Below the pieces are notes generated by a model. It was given only the letters and a program-made list of their open reading frames with translations, made no database searches and was not told the DNA's origin. This document shows positions 20,226 through 29,366 of a stretch of DNA of 64,000 nucleotides, piece by piece. The stretch spans positions 14,032-78,031 of the forward strand of contig JAENZE010000015.1 in NCBI GenBank assembly GCA_016841425.1, given 5' to 3'. This DNA comes from Syntrophomonas sp. (GTDB lineage: Bacteria > Bacillota > Syntrophomonadia > Syntrophomonadales > Syntrophomonadaceae). The position numbers were made by a program, and so were the translations under genes. Each line of letters starts with the position of its first letter. Position 1 is the stretch's first letter.

Positions 20226-23200
20226 TTATCTGCGGTATTGTTCAGGAATTAGGTCCGCCAGTGTTGCTGTAGCCACACCGATGTGAGTATCTGCAGCTCC
20301 ATAATAAACCAGTATTTCGTCATCATCTTCCAGGATTTCCTTGTTGGAAGCTGCTACTGCTCCACAGGTAAAAACAACGTTGGGTACCCATGAGCCTGAA
20401 CCAGAGCCAATTTCATAGTCTTCTTCAGGCTGCAGTATACTGTTGGGGGAACGATAAATCAGAAGTTCCGGATTGTTAAGATCGACCAGGATCACGCCCA
20501 GACGATAAACCAGCTGCCGGTCTACTCCATGATATATCATCAACCAGCCGTAACGGGTTTTAATAGGCTGGGTACCGGAACCGATTTTCAAAGAATCCCA
20601 CATCCGACCAGAACGGGGCCCTATGATAATGGCATGCCTTTCCCGGGGTACCGGAAATTCTAATTTATCCAGGTAGGAAACCCATATACTGGGTTCAATG
20701 CGATGATAAATAACGTATTTTCCCTGTATTTTTTCTGGAAACAGTATGGCATCTTTGTTCCATACATCTTTAAAGGCCAGTCCCTTTCTCATCCATTTAT
20801 CAAACCTGCGTTCCAGAAAGTCTGCTACCTTTATGGAAGCAGCTGAAATTTGAGCGATAACCCCATCATAAGCAGTGTACATCATATAAATTTCGTCATC
20901 TATAATAACAGCTCGCGGATCTTCACAGCCCCGCTTCTCTTTTTCATTTACCGGTATAAATATCGGATCTGGCAGCCTTTCAAGAATGTTAAAGCCATCG
21001 CTTACCGCCATACCGATACGGGAGACTTCATCGTCTCCATAAGCCCGGTACAGAATATAGACGCGGTCATCAAGCCTTAGTGCTGCAGCATTCAGTACAT
21101 ATTTACTTTCCCAGAAATGATCTTTGATGGGATTTAGTATTGGATTACCTGTATATCTAACCAGGGGTTTAGCAGGCGGATATGCAATGGCTTCCTGAGC
21201 GACCACCGTTACATCTTTGGGTCTAATACCCAGAAGGGAATCCAGAACGTTTTCACTGGCTCTTCCTTCACCGATAAGCTGCTGTACTCCAGACTCGATG
21301 CTGAAGATATCGTAACCGAGTTCCTTATAAATATCCTCCAGCAAATCCTGGTTAAACCATTTTTCTTCTACATGACTGGAAAGAGGCGTAGGTACCCCTT
21401 TTCCTCCCTTATAATTATAGCTGGACCAACTCCAGGCCGAGAGGGGAAGAAAAGTGCCATTGTCTAGCACCTGGCTTAAGCCATAACTGTCACACATTAT
21501 TCGTATAATATTAGCTTCTTCAACTAGCCCCTGGTCCTGAAGCTTATCTGCCAGACCCCGAAAGTTGTTTACCAGAGTACGGTGATGAAGATTTTCAAAA
21601 ATATTATGGGCTGAAAAAGCCGTAGTTTCATAGCGTCCAATCAAGGAATTGCGTATCTTGGTTCCTAAATTTTTGCGTTCCCGGGCAAAAGTTCTCCACA
21701 GCTGGGCATAGTTTTCGGCAATAGTAATGTGCCGGGCTATGAATAAACAGAATCGGAGTCTGGGAAATTCACCTCCCATACCTTTATTAAAAGGAGTAGT
21801 AACGATCCTGGTAGTAAGCTTATTAAGATTGGAAATATTGCCCAACCTGGCTATCTGACCAAACCTTGGCTCTAATACAATATATTGAATATCTACTTCT
21901 TCCAGACCTTCAGGACGGATGTTGTCTAATATCCATAATAATGCCCGGTCAGCGTATTTGCGAGTCTCGATCAAGTTAGCCAAACTTACTGCATCCCTGA
22001 TATTCATTTGCTCGATCAGATCGCGGGTACTCTGGCATCCGGCCGGTATCATGACATTTACCGGGGGAAATCTGACTACCATTTCTTTAAATGTCTCATC
22101 CTTAACCGAATACATCCTCCTGTACGGGAGCAGTTCGAAAAGATGCTGCAAGACCTGCTCAACCCCGTCCTCGCTATACAGGTCGCCGGGAAAGAGTGAT
22201 TCCATAGTCCTTTCCAATTGGTTCATGTACTCTTTGAAGCGGGCAAATATGGTATCAGGTTCCGCATCGCGGGCCACTCCCAAAGAATTGTGAATTACAT
22301 CTTCGAATGCTTCCTGATAACGTTTTTGAAGACGGTTGAAGACTTCTTCCGTGTATACTACTTTACCCCCCTTACCGATAATGGTATTTGGCAGAACTAT
22401 GGGTATTCCCGGAACATACTCCAGATAGCGGGAAGGAGTAAGGGGTGGAGTAACCTCGAGCAGTGTTTTTTCCCACTTATCGTTAAATCTATCCCGTATC
22501 CTAAGAAAACACCTGCGCTGTTCAGCTTTCATGGCCGATGCTTCGAGTTCGGGCAAATGGCTGGCGTTAATACCCCCCATACCTTCCAGCTGTTCCTGTA
22601 AAAGCTGCATATGCAATACATAACTGGCTATTCTTCCATTAAATGCTGAAGTAAGGGTATTTAATATATCGTCTCGATTCAATTCTTGGGAAAAGCAGTA
22701 CTCAAACAGCAGTGAGAGAACGAGTTCAGCCCAGCTCTCAGGTTTGAACTTGAATTCTTTGCTGGGAGTCAGAACCGAGTTCTGTATGTCTTTATATACG
22801 GTTCCCTTCACAGCGGTTTCGTATATGCTGGCATACTGATTAAAGTTTCGTTTAAAAAACAGCACCATCTCTTCAGCACAGAAGATTACCTCTACTGGTT
22901 CTTCTTCATTTCGAACCCCATATATATCTGGAACTCGCGAGATAATCTGGTTTTTTAACCAGTACTCCTCATCTCTTTTAATACATTCAAACAAGGCCCG
23001 TGCTATTTCCTTGAAAACATAATTAACCTTCTCCAGGGAGAATCGCTCTAATTTCGCTCCCAGTGAAACTTCGCACATATCCTTGTTCCACATCATCACC
23101 CGGGTTAATATCCAGGGGTCGATTCCGTAGCTTTTCGTTATTTCCGGCCAGAATTTGAATTCCAGGCACAAATCTTCTACCAGATTATGCGAGAGGGCAT

Positions 23201-23789
23201 AAATGCCGCTCAAAGCTCCTTCTATTCTGTAACCATAAAAATGTTCCAGCAGCGGCGCCACTAGAAAACTGTTAACAATGTTATCGAAATAGTGCTGCCG
23301 ATAGGTGGTTAATACAAAGTCATATTTTAAACCCAGGGGCTCCGCTATTCTGCTTATCCAGTCTGCCTTTAAGCCCCTGTGCTCTTCACTGGCCAGGTCG
23401 GCTGCAAAGATTATTATATCGGAGGTTAAATGATCTGCTATTTCCAGCATCGCCCGTATACTAGCTCCTCGACCGTTGCTGCCTGGCAGCATAAGGAATT
23501 CATAGTGGGGGAAATTAAACTCCATCTCTTGAATACGTTCAATAGCTTCACTGCCTTCAGGGTCACCTGCGCATAGAATTAAAGGGTTCTTGTAGTTTTG
23601 GCCGTTGAATAGTGCTTCCTCTATAGTCTTGAGTATAATGGGCAGTGTATCTTTTTCATTATAGAAAGGAACCCCGATAATCAAATCGGCCTGGTAAGAT
23701 TCTAATTCCTGCCAGGCTTTATGCAAAGTCTCATTAAAAATAACTTCACTTTTTTCTAAATGCTCACAATCGGCTGGTATAAATTCCAT
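20226..23789 (-). CDS. 1187-aa multidomain protein: N-terminal GT-A-like glycosyltransferase region, about 550 aa of unassigned middle, and a C-terminal GH130-like (beta-mannoside phosphorylase family) beta-propeller
   Basis: The N-terminus (IIGVPFYNEKDTLPIILKTIEE ... IIIFAADL) looks like a GT-A fold. The last 330 aa or so (GNPILNP ... GCEDPRAVIIDDEIYMMYTAYDG ... YHGVD ... VYYGAADT) carry GH130/DUF377 signatures. GGGAGGGG RBS. Confidence 0.7.
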   Translation of the reverse strand: MEFIPADCEHLEKSEVIFNETLHKAWQELESYQADLIIGVPFYNEKDTLPIILKTIEEALFNGQNYKNPLILCAGDPEGSEAIERIQEMEFNFPHYEFLMLPGSNGRGASIRAMLEIADHLTSDIIIFAADLASEEHRGLKADWISRIAEPLGLKYDFVLTTYRQHYFDNIVNSFLVAPLLEHFYGYRIEGALSGIYALSHNLVEDLCLEFKFWPEITKSYGIDPWILTRVMMWNKDMCEVSLGAKLERFSLEKVNYVFKEIARALFECIKRDEEYWLKNQIISRVPDIYGVRNEEEPVEVIFCAEEMVLFFKRNFNQYASIYETAVKGTVYKDIQNSVLTPSKEFKFKPESWAELVLSLLFEYCFSQELNRDDILNTLTSAFNGRIASYVLHMQLLQEQLEGMGGINASHLPELEASAMKAEQRRCFLRIRDRFNDKWEKTLLEVTPPLTPSRYLEYVPGIPIVLPNTIIGKGGKVVYTEEVFNRLQKRYQEAFEDVIHNSLGVARDAEPDTIFARFKEYMNQLERTMESLFPGDLYSEDGVEQVLQHLFELLPYRRMYSVKDETFKEMVVRFPPVNVMIPAGCQSTRDLIEQMNIRDAVSLANLIETRKYADRALLWILDNIRPEGLEEVDIQYIVLEPRFGQIARLGNISNLNKLTTRIVTTPFNKGMGGEFPRLRFCLFIARHITIAENYAQLWRTFARERKNLGTKIRNSLIGRYETTAFSAHNIFENLHHRTLVNNFRGLADKLQDQGLVEEANIIRIMCDSYGLSQVLDNGTFLPLSAWSWSSYNYKGGKGVPTPLSSHVEEKWFNQDLLEDIYKELGYDIFSIESGVQQLIGEGRASENVLDSLLGIRPKDVTVVAQEAIAYPPAKPLVRYTGNPILNPIKDHFWESKYVLNAAALRLDDRVYILYRAYGDDEVSRIGMAVSDGFNILERLPDPIFIPVNEKEKRGCEDPRAVIIDDEIYMMYTAYDGVIAQISAASIKVADFLERRFDKWMRKGLAFKDVWNKDAILFPEKIQGKYVIYHRIEPSIWVSYLDKLEFPVPRERHAIIIGPRSGRMWDSLKIGSGTQPIKTRYGWLMIYHGVDRQLVYRLGVILVDLNNPELLIYRSPNSILQPEEDYEIGSGSGSWVPNVVFTCGAVAASNKEILEDDDEILVYYGAADTHIGVATATLADLIPEQYRR

Positions 23790-23827
23790 AATTACACCCC
23801 TCCCTGCAATTATAATTATACGTTGGC

Positions 23828-23843
23828 AGCCATCATAATGCCA
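23828..23843 (-). promoter_or_regulatory. possible sigma-54 -24/-12 element upstream of the 1187-aa gene (weak)
   Basis: The minus strand reads TGGCATTATGATGGCT. GG and GC have the correct spacing, with one mismatch in the -12 box (TGGCT vs TTGCW). It lies about 40 nt upstream of the ATG. Confidence 0.3.
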
Positions 23844-23897
23844 GGTATATTGAAAGCATATGCTTGAACATAACTATAATGCAGGCTAGTTGAGTCA

Positions 23898-23994
23898 GGG
23901 GACACAGGGGGACGGGGGACACAGGGGGACGTTTCTGTTGTGTCCTTTTATTTTGTGGTAGGAAGGACACAACAGAAACGTCCCCCTGTGTCCC
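23898..23994. repeat. 32-bp perfect inverted repeat (arms 23916-23947 and 23963-23994, 15-nt loop), preceded by a tandem copy of GGGGACACAGGGGGAC
   Basis: Read directly: GGGACACAGGGGGACGTTTCTGTTGTGTCCTT, loop, AAGGACACAACAGAAACGTCCCCCTGTGTCCC. The 16-mer occurs at 23898-23913 and again at the start of the left arm. Confidence 0.9.
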
Positions 23995-24228
23995 TTAAAT
24001 TAACTTCGATACTTACGTCTCTTAAATAGCGAGGCAAAGAGGACTCCTGCCCGAAGCCGGAATGGAAATACCACGTTTATCGTAGAACTGCCTAAATAAG
24101 TAAGTCTGGCGGGTCTTTCGCGACACTTTTTAACGAATTGAGTTGGATGGTTATCTTAAGAATATCAGGGATTAGCACAGCTCTCCTCGGATAATAAAGT
24201 CATGGTTGAATTGAAAAATGAATACCAG

Positions 24229-24264
24229 CAAAAAGAAAGACCGTCCCCATGCCTGGAGACGGTT
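24229..24264 (-). terminator. probable rho-independent terminator of sleB
   Basis: On the minus strand, an ACCGTC ... GACGGT stem is followed by CTTTCTTTTTG, about 50 nt after the sleB stop. Confidence 0.5.
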
Positions 24265-24310
24265 CTCGGTTATGTTTTCTAATTATGCTGTACCACGTCT
24301 ATGGCTTAAT

Positions 24311-25015
24311 TTAAAGAGCAAAAACATGTCGCCCAATTTGGGTTATTATATTTCTGCTCCATACCCACTTACTAGTTGCCGTTACTGGATTCCAATAGTA
24401 TAAAGCCCCCCCGGTGGGATCCCATCCCTTTAGAGCGGCCTCTGCGGCTTGTCTGGAAACCTTGTCGGGCTGCAAATAGAATTGACCATCACTGACAGCA
24501 GTGAAGGCAAGGGGTTCAAAAATAACGCCTCTTAAGGTGTTGGCAAATTTCTTTGATTCGAGCCGGTTAAGGACAACTGCAGCAACTGCTACCTGACCCA
24601 CATAAGGTTCCCCCCTGGCTTCACCATACACTATCCTGGCCAAATCAAAAACATCCTGACTTGAAAAGGATAGAAATCCGCGAGAAGGAGTAGTGGTATT
24701 CACAGATCCATGACTTACTCCATTTATAATAGCCATTGCTGTTGCTTTACCAACTATGCCGTCAACATTTAGTCCGTTATCTGCTTGAAAATTACGAACT
24801 GCGGTCAAGGTTTGCCACCCAAATACGCCGTCAACGGAGCCTGCTGAATATCCCAGATAGTTTAAATCTTTTTGTAATTGATTGACATCATAACCCTGCA
24901 TTCCTATTTTGAGTGTCCTATCTCCCAGGTAAGCATCAGCCTGGGCTGGAATAAGTAAATGTGCAAACATAACTATGAATGTAATAAGTAACACGGCAGC
25001 TATCTTATTTTTCAT
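24311..25015 (-). CDS. sleB: spore cortex-lytic enzyme SleB (peptidoglycan-binding domain plus SleB hydrolase domain)
   Basis: Signal peptide, a PG_binding_1 repeat (GYDVNQLQKDLNYLGY ... DGVFGWQTLTAVRNFQ) and the SleB catalytic-domain motif (YGEARGEPYVGQVAVAAVVLNR). Confidence 0.85.
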   Translation of the reverse strand: MKNKIAAVLLITFIVMFAHLLIPAQADAYLGDRTLKIGMQGYDVNQLQKDLNYLGYSAGSVDGVFGWQTLTAVRNFQADNGLNVDGIVGKATAMAIINGVSHGSVNTTTPSRGFLSFSSQDVFDLARIVYGEARGEPYVGQVAVAAVVLNRLESKKFANTLRGVIFEPLAFTAVSDGQFYLQPDKVSRQAAEAALKGWDPTGGALYYWNPVTATSKWVWSRNIITQIGRHVFAL

Positions 25016-25251
25016 TACTTCTTATCCTTTCACTGTCAGATTTCTTTTATTGTATCCATAAAAGGTGTGCAGTGGCAAAAGAGCTTATCCTTCCCCTTTA
25101 ATGAAACAAGCCCCTGAGAAGGGTTAATTCATGAAACTGATAGATTTATATATATTGTGAGCCATACCTTTCACTTATTAGCCCGATTCTAGATTGTACC
25201 TGTATTACCAGCTGTTCCAACCCTAAAGGAGAGACTTATGGAACGGTCTGA

Positions 25252-25542
25252 TTATCTCGCATTTTGTCCCAGAGGAAATCGTGGGAACAGGGATGTTCTT
25301 AAATAGTCTAAATAACATTTAAATGATTCTCTAGTTGATGGGTCCAGTGCAGATAACGGTTCGTCCAGAAGCAGTATGCGGGGAGAACATATCAGGGCCC
25401 GGGCCAGGGCTGTTCTCTGCTTTTCTCCTCCGCTCAAGGCGGATGGATAACGGGAAAGATATCTTTGGGCATGCTTTGCCAATTGCGCAGGATTCTTCAT
25501 CGCCCAGGGCAAGTTTGATCCCTGGTTTAGCCAAATCACCAA
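25252..25542 (-). pseudogene. internal fragment of an ABC transporter ATPase (relic)
   Basis: Only the signature to Walker B segment survives ([15 protein letters not shown] ... [12 protein letters not shown]). There is no Walker A and no partner permease. Confidence 0.7.
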
Positions 25543-25702
25543 GTCCTGTTAATTTAAGGCTAAAAGTTGGGAGAAAACAGATAGCAGTTAGAAATCAAGA
25601 AACACTTAGCCCACAGAAAGTTCTGAAATAGCTTAAATTATATTGTAAGAAATGTTAAGCTTTTAACATAGTATTTATAAAATAATGGAAAGGAGATTGG
25701 GT

Positions 25703-26950
25703 ATGATTAATACGAAAAAAGGTATTATTGTTTTGCTTACTTTAATGTTCCTTCTGCTTATGGCGATTCCAGCTTGTGGTCAGACTCAACTGGATTATAA
25801 TGGTAAAGGCTATAATAACTCCAGCGGAATCGTGCTTCAGAATGGAGCAAGTTTTTTTTCCACAGGTGCTATAGCCAATATGCTGGGTTGTGATGTTGTA
25901 ATAGAAGGCAATACTGTTACTCTGCAGGAAAATAATGATGTATTGATACTTGAGGTCGGAAGCAAAGTTGCTTTTCTGAACGGTGTGGAGAAGCAAATGT
26001 CTGCTGCCCCCTTGTTAGTGGAAAACCAAGTGCTTGTGCCAATTCGTTTTGTCTTTGAAAGTTTTGGAGCAACTGTATCATGGAATGACCTGGAGAAAAA
26101 AATTCTGGTCAATTACACCGAAACTCGTAACGGAATGAATGCCGAAGAACTGATTGTCAAGTCTTCAGAGAAAATGATAGAGGCCAACACTTATAAGATG
26201 TTCATGGACATGGTAATGAATATGGATATGTCAGGTCAGGAGAATGGTGAACCAGTTGAAGGTTTGCAAGTAAATACCCATAGTAATGTTGAGTGCTGGG
26301 TTCAGTATGACCCGCTGCTCATGTACATGGTTCAAAATGTTGAAATGCCTGGAAACGATCAAATACCTGCACAAACTTTGCAAACTGAAATATTGATAAA
26401 AGATAATGCTATGTATATGACCATGCCGGAAATGGGCTGGGTTAAAATGGATATGCCCGGATTGGATATGGAGGAGTTGATGAGTCAGTCTATGTCTCTC
26501 GACCCAGCTGCTTATCTAAAAATGTGGGGCGATATGGGTATTTTAGCATCTATTGCTAATGATAGTGAGAAAGATGGTCAGAACTATTGGATAGTAAACT
26601 ATACTATGGGTAAGGAAATACTGGAGAGCGATTACTTCCAGCAGATAATCCAGTCAATGTCTACCCTCGGAACCGCGGAAGGAATGGATTTACAGAGTCT
26701 ATTAAACAGTTTGGACTTCGATCTTTACTCTTCTACCTGGATTAACCCGAATACTCTTCAAACCGATTACATGGATATCACTGGAACAATCAAAATGAAT
26801 ATTGATATGTCTAATCAGGGAATACCTGGCAATATGTCAATTAATATGTTTATGGACGGCAGTTATTCAATATCAGATTATGGCATAGAGTTTGAGGTTC
26901 CCGATGTGAGCAGTGCGGTGGATTTTAGCAATATGACCACACAGCTGTAA
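25703..26950 (+). CDS. secreted protein with a copper-amine-oxidase N-terminal-like domain and a Met-rich C-terminal domain of unknown function
   Basis: Signal peptide, then a stalk domain (VLVPIRFVFESFGATVSWN) typical of Cu_amine_oxidN1. ATG 25703 follows GGAAAGGAG. Confidence 0.7.
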   Translation: MINTKKGIIVLLTLMFLLLMAIPACGQTQLDYNGKGYNNSSGIVLQNGASFFSTGAIANMLGCDVVIEGNTVTLQENNDVLILEVGSKVAFLNGVEKQMSAAPLLVENQVLVPIRFVFESFGATVSWNDLEKKILVNYTETRNGMNAEELIVKSSEKMIEANTYKMFMDMVMNMDMSGQENGEPVEGLQVNTHSNVECWVQYDPLLMYMVQNVEMPGNDQIPAQTLQTEILIKDNAMYMTMPEMGWVKMDMPGLDMEELMSQSMSLDPAAYLKMWGDMGILASIANDSEKDGQNYWIVNYTMGKEILESDYFQQIIQSMSTLGTAEGMDLQSLLNSLDFDLYSSTWINPNTLQTDYMDITGTIKMNIDMSNQGIPGNMSINMFMDGSYSISDYGIEFEVPDVSSAVDFSNMTTQL

Positions 26951-26957
26951 ATAAACT

Positions 26958-26997
26958 AAACCCTCGCTAAAATCATGTTTTAGTGAGGGTTTTTTTG
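26958..26997 (+). terminator. rho-independent terminator
   Basis: AAACCCTCGCTAAAA / TTTTAGTGAGGGTTT stem followed by TTTTTT. Confidence 0.8.
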
Positions 26998-27218
26998 CAA
27001 GCTGTCAGCCGGGAGTCTCTCCCGGCTGTTATAATATATTGCGTTTTCTGTATTGGAATACTAATTGTGGATTAGATTCAATGCTCCAGCTGAACTAAGA
27101 CATAAAGAAGTATTAAACTCAAATAATCCTTACCGCAAGCGCCTAGATGTCAGCTAAAATTCGTTTTGAATCCCTGGATGGTAAACATCACCTATAAGGT
27201 ACCATATTTACGACGCTG

Positions 27219-27779
27219 TTAGACATCCTTCTTTGCTTTTAAATGCTCATATATAACCTGAGCAATCATTCTGGCAGCATTGCCAATAACGGCAGGGCAT
27301 TTTTCTGAGGTATGGGCACCAGCGTCACAAAAGGCAGGATAGTCTATTACTGCATCGGTCAAATCATAAGATCTCCCAAAAATACAAGTTTGTACTTCTT
27401 TGCAATTAATCCCACCGTACTCTTTTATGAACTTCTCTCTAATTTGCTGAACCAGGCGACAGGCTTCCCGGTACTTGTTTTTGCCTTCTTCAATATCACC
27501 CTGCAAATCATCAAAGCTACGTCCAACCAGGCTTCCAATTAGAATAGCCCCACCGTTATAAGCGCCACATGCATCTCCCTTCATCCCGATACCGCCGGCC
27601 AGGCCCGATCCTGCTTTAAACAGCAGGGGATCAAAACCAAGGTATTCGATAAAAGGTACGAGAACGCACTGACCGCAGTTAAAATATACCACTTCGGCCT
27701 CATTAGCACGATCGAAAAGCTTTTGAAAATTGTCTTTGTTCATTTCCTCAAGTTGGTAAAGAAGATCATTTGTATTCAT
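27219..27779 (-). CDS. C_GCAxxG_C_C family putative redox-active protein
   Basis: NCGQCVL ... GDACGAYNGG ... C motifs of the family. AAGGAG RBS. Confidence 0.75.
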   Translation of the reverse strand: MNTNDLLYQLEEMNKDNFQKLFDRANEAEVVYFNCGQCVLVPFIEYLGFDPLLFKAGSGLAGGIGMKGDACGAYNGGAILIGSLVGRSFDDLQGDIEEGKNKYREACRLVQQIREKFIKEYGGINCKEVQTCIFGRSYDLTDAVIDYPAFCDAGAHTSEKCPAVIGNAARMIAQVIYEHLKAKKDV

Positions 27780-27944
27780 AATTTTCGCTCCTTAAATAGA
27801 TTAGCTATTTTATCAGCAACGGTTCTGATCCACTTCCATTCTTCCAGGGCTACCCCCCGAAGGTTACTGATGCGGTATGACATAATACCGCTGCTACTAT
27901 TCTTTTAACCTCCAATTTCACTCCAACTAAATAAAAAAGCATAC

Positions 27945-29366
27945 TTATACATTTTTTAAATATTTATGCATAGCCGCAGCCGCTTTACGACCGGCTCCCA
28001 TTGCTAAAATTACCGTAGCCGCCCCGGTAACTATATCTCCCCCGGCGAATATGCCCATACGTGAAGTCTGACCATCAGAATCAGCCTCTATGGTACCATA
28101 TCTGCCAGTATTTAGTCCCTGAGTGGTTGTTTGAATCAGGGGGTTCGGACTTTGCCCGATTGCGACCACTACGGTGTCAACTGGGATGCCGTATTCGGAG
28201 CCAGGAATATTGATGGGAGAACGACGTCCAGAAGCATCAGGCTCACCCAGCTCACATTTAACGCAAACTAGTTCCCTGACCCAGTTTTGCTCATCTCCCT
28301 GGATTTCAACCGGCTGGGTGAGCAGGTGGAAGTGAATTCCTTCTTCACGGGCATGTTCGACTTCTTCTGCTCGGGCCGGCATTTCTTTCTCCGAGCGGCG
28401 GTAAACAATATATACTTCTTCAGCCCCCAGCCGTTTAGCACAGCGAGCCGAATCCATTGCCACGTTGCCGGCTCCTAGAATGGCTGCTCGTTTACCAATG
28501 CGCACAGGGGTTAAATATTCAGGGAAACGATAACCTTTCATTAAATTAACCCGGGTCAAGAACTCGTTAGCGGAATAAACGCCGTTGAGGTTTTCACCCG
28601 GGATGCCCATGAAGTTAGGAAGGCCTGCTCCAGTCCCAATGAATATGGCCTTATAGCCCTGCTCCATCAGTTCATCCACCTTCATAGTTCGGCCAATTAT
28701 TACGTTAGCTTGAATATCGACTCCCAACTGGCGGACATAATCGATGTCAGCCTGTACGATATCCTTGGGAAGCCTGAATTCTGGAATCCCATACATTAAT
28801 ACTCCGCCCGCGACATGCAGGGCTTCGAAAATAGTAACCGAGTAGCCCAATTTGGCAAGTTCTCCAGCACAGGTCAGCCCGGCGGGGCCGGACCCCACTA
28901 TTGCTACTTTAATGCCGTTGGCGGGAGCTATATCCGGTATCTCAATTGCTCCCTGAGCACGTTCATAATCGGCTGCGAACCGCTCCAAACGACCTATACC
29001 TACCGGTTCGCCTTTCTTGCCGCGCACGCAGTATTGTTCACATTGGCTTTCCTGGGGACAAACCCGACCGCAAATAGCTGGCAGGCTGCTGGTCTCCTTG
29101 ATTTTTAAAGCAGCAGCCACATAGTCCCGCTCCTTAATCTTCTTAATAAAATCAGGGATAGCGATATCTACCGGGCAGCCTTGACGGCATTCTTCAGTTT
29201 TGCATCCAAGGCAGCGGGCGGCTTCAAGCAGCGCGTCTTCTTCGGTGTAGCCCAGAGCTACTTCATTAAAATTATTTACTCGCTCCTTCGCATTTTGGGA
29301 GGGCATAGGTTTCTTCTGAGTATTCTTTATGGCTTTTTTTAGTTCTTCTGCTGATGGCAACTGCAT
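27945..29366 (-). CDS. nfnB: NADH-dependent reduced ferredoxin:NADP+ oxidoreductase subunit B (GltD-like, 2x[4Fe-4S] plus FAD/NAD(P))
   Basis: N-terminal Cys clusters (CLGCKTEECRQGCP, CGRVCPQESQCEQYC), then GSGPAGL and GAGNVAMD dinucleotide folds. Paired with nfnA. ATG 29366 lies 9 nt after GGAGG. Confidence 0.8.
   Translation of the reverse strand: MQLPSAEELKKAIKNTQKKPMPSQNAKERVNNFNEVALGYTEEDALLEAARCLGCKTEECRQGCPVDIAIPDFIKKIKERDYVAAALKIKETSSLPAICGRVCPQESQCEQYCVRGKKGEPVGIGRLERFAADYERAQGAIEIPDIAPANGIKVAIVGSGPAGLTCAGELAKLGYSVTIFEALHVAGGVLMYGIPEFRLPKDIVQADIDYVRQLGVDIQANVIIGRTMKVDELMEQGYKAIFIGTGAGLPNFMGIPGENLNGVYSANEFLTRVNLMKGYRFPEYLTPVRIGKRAAILGAGNVAMDSARCAKRLGAEEVYIVYRRSEKEMPARAEEVEHAREEGIHFHLLTQPVEIQGDEQNWVRELVCVKCELGEPDASGRRSPINIPGSEYGIPVDTVVVAIGQSPNPLIQTTTQGLNTGRYGTIEADSDGQTSRMGIFAGGDIVTGAATVILAMGAGRKAAAAMHKYLKNV

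Noticed and set aside
23898-23930. Tandem GGGGACACAGGGGGAC copies considered as a CRISPR array.
   Set aside because: There are only two directly abutting copies with no spacers and no cas genes. They are part of the palindromic element.
24218-24403. 61-aa plus-strand ORF spanning the sleB terminator and the sleB 3' end.
   Set aside because: It overlaps the sleB coding sequence antisense and includes the terminator hairpin. It has no RBS.
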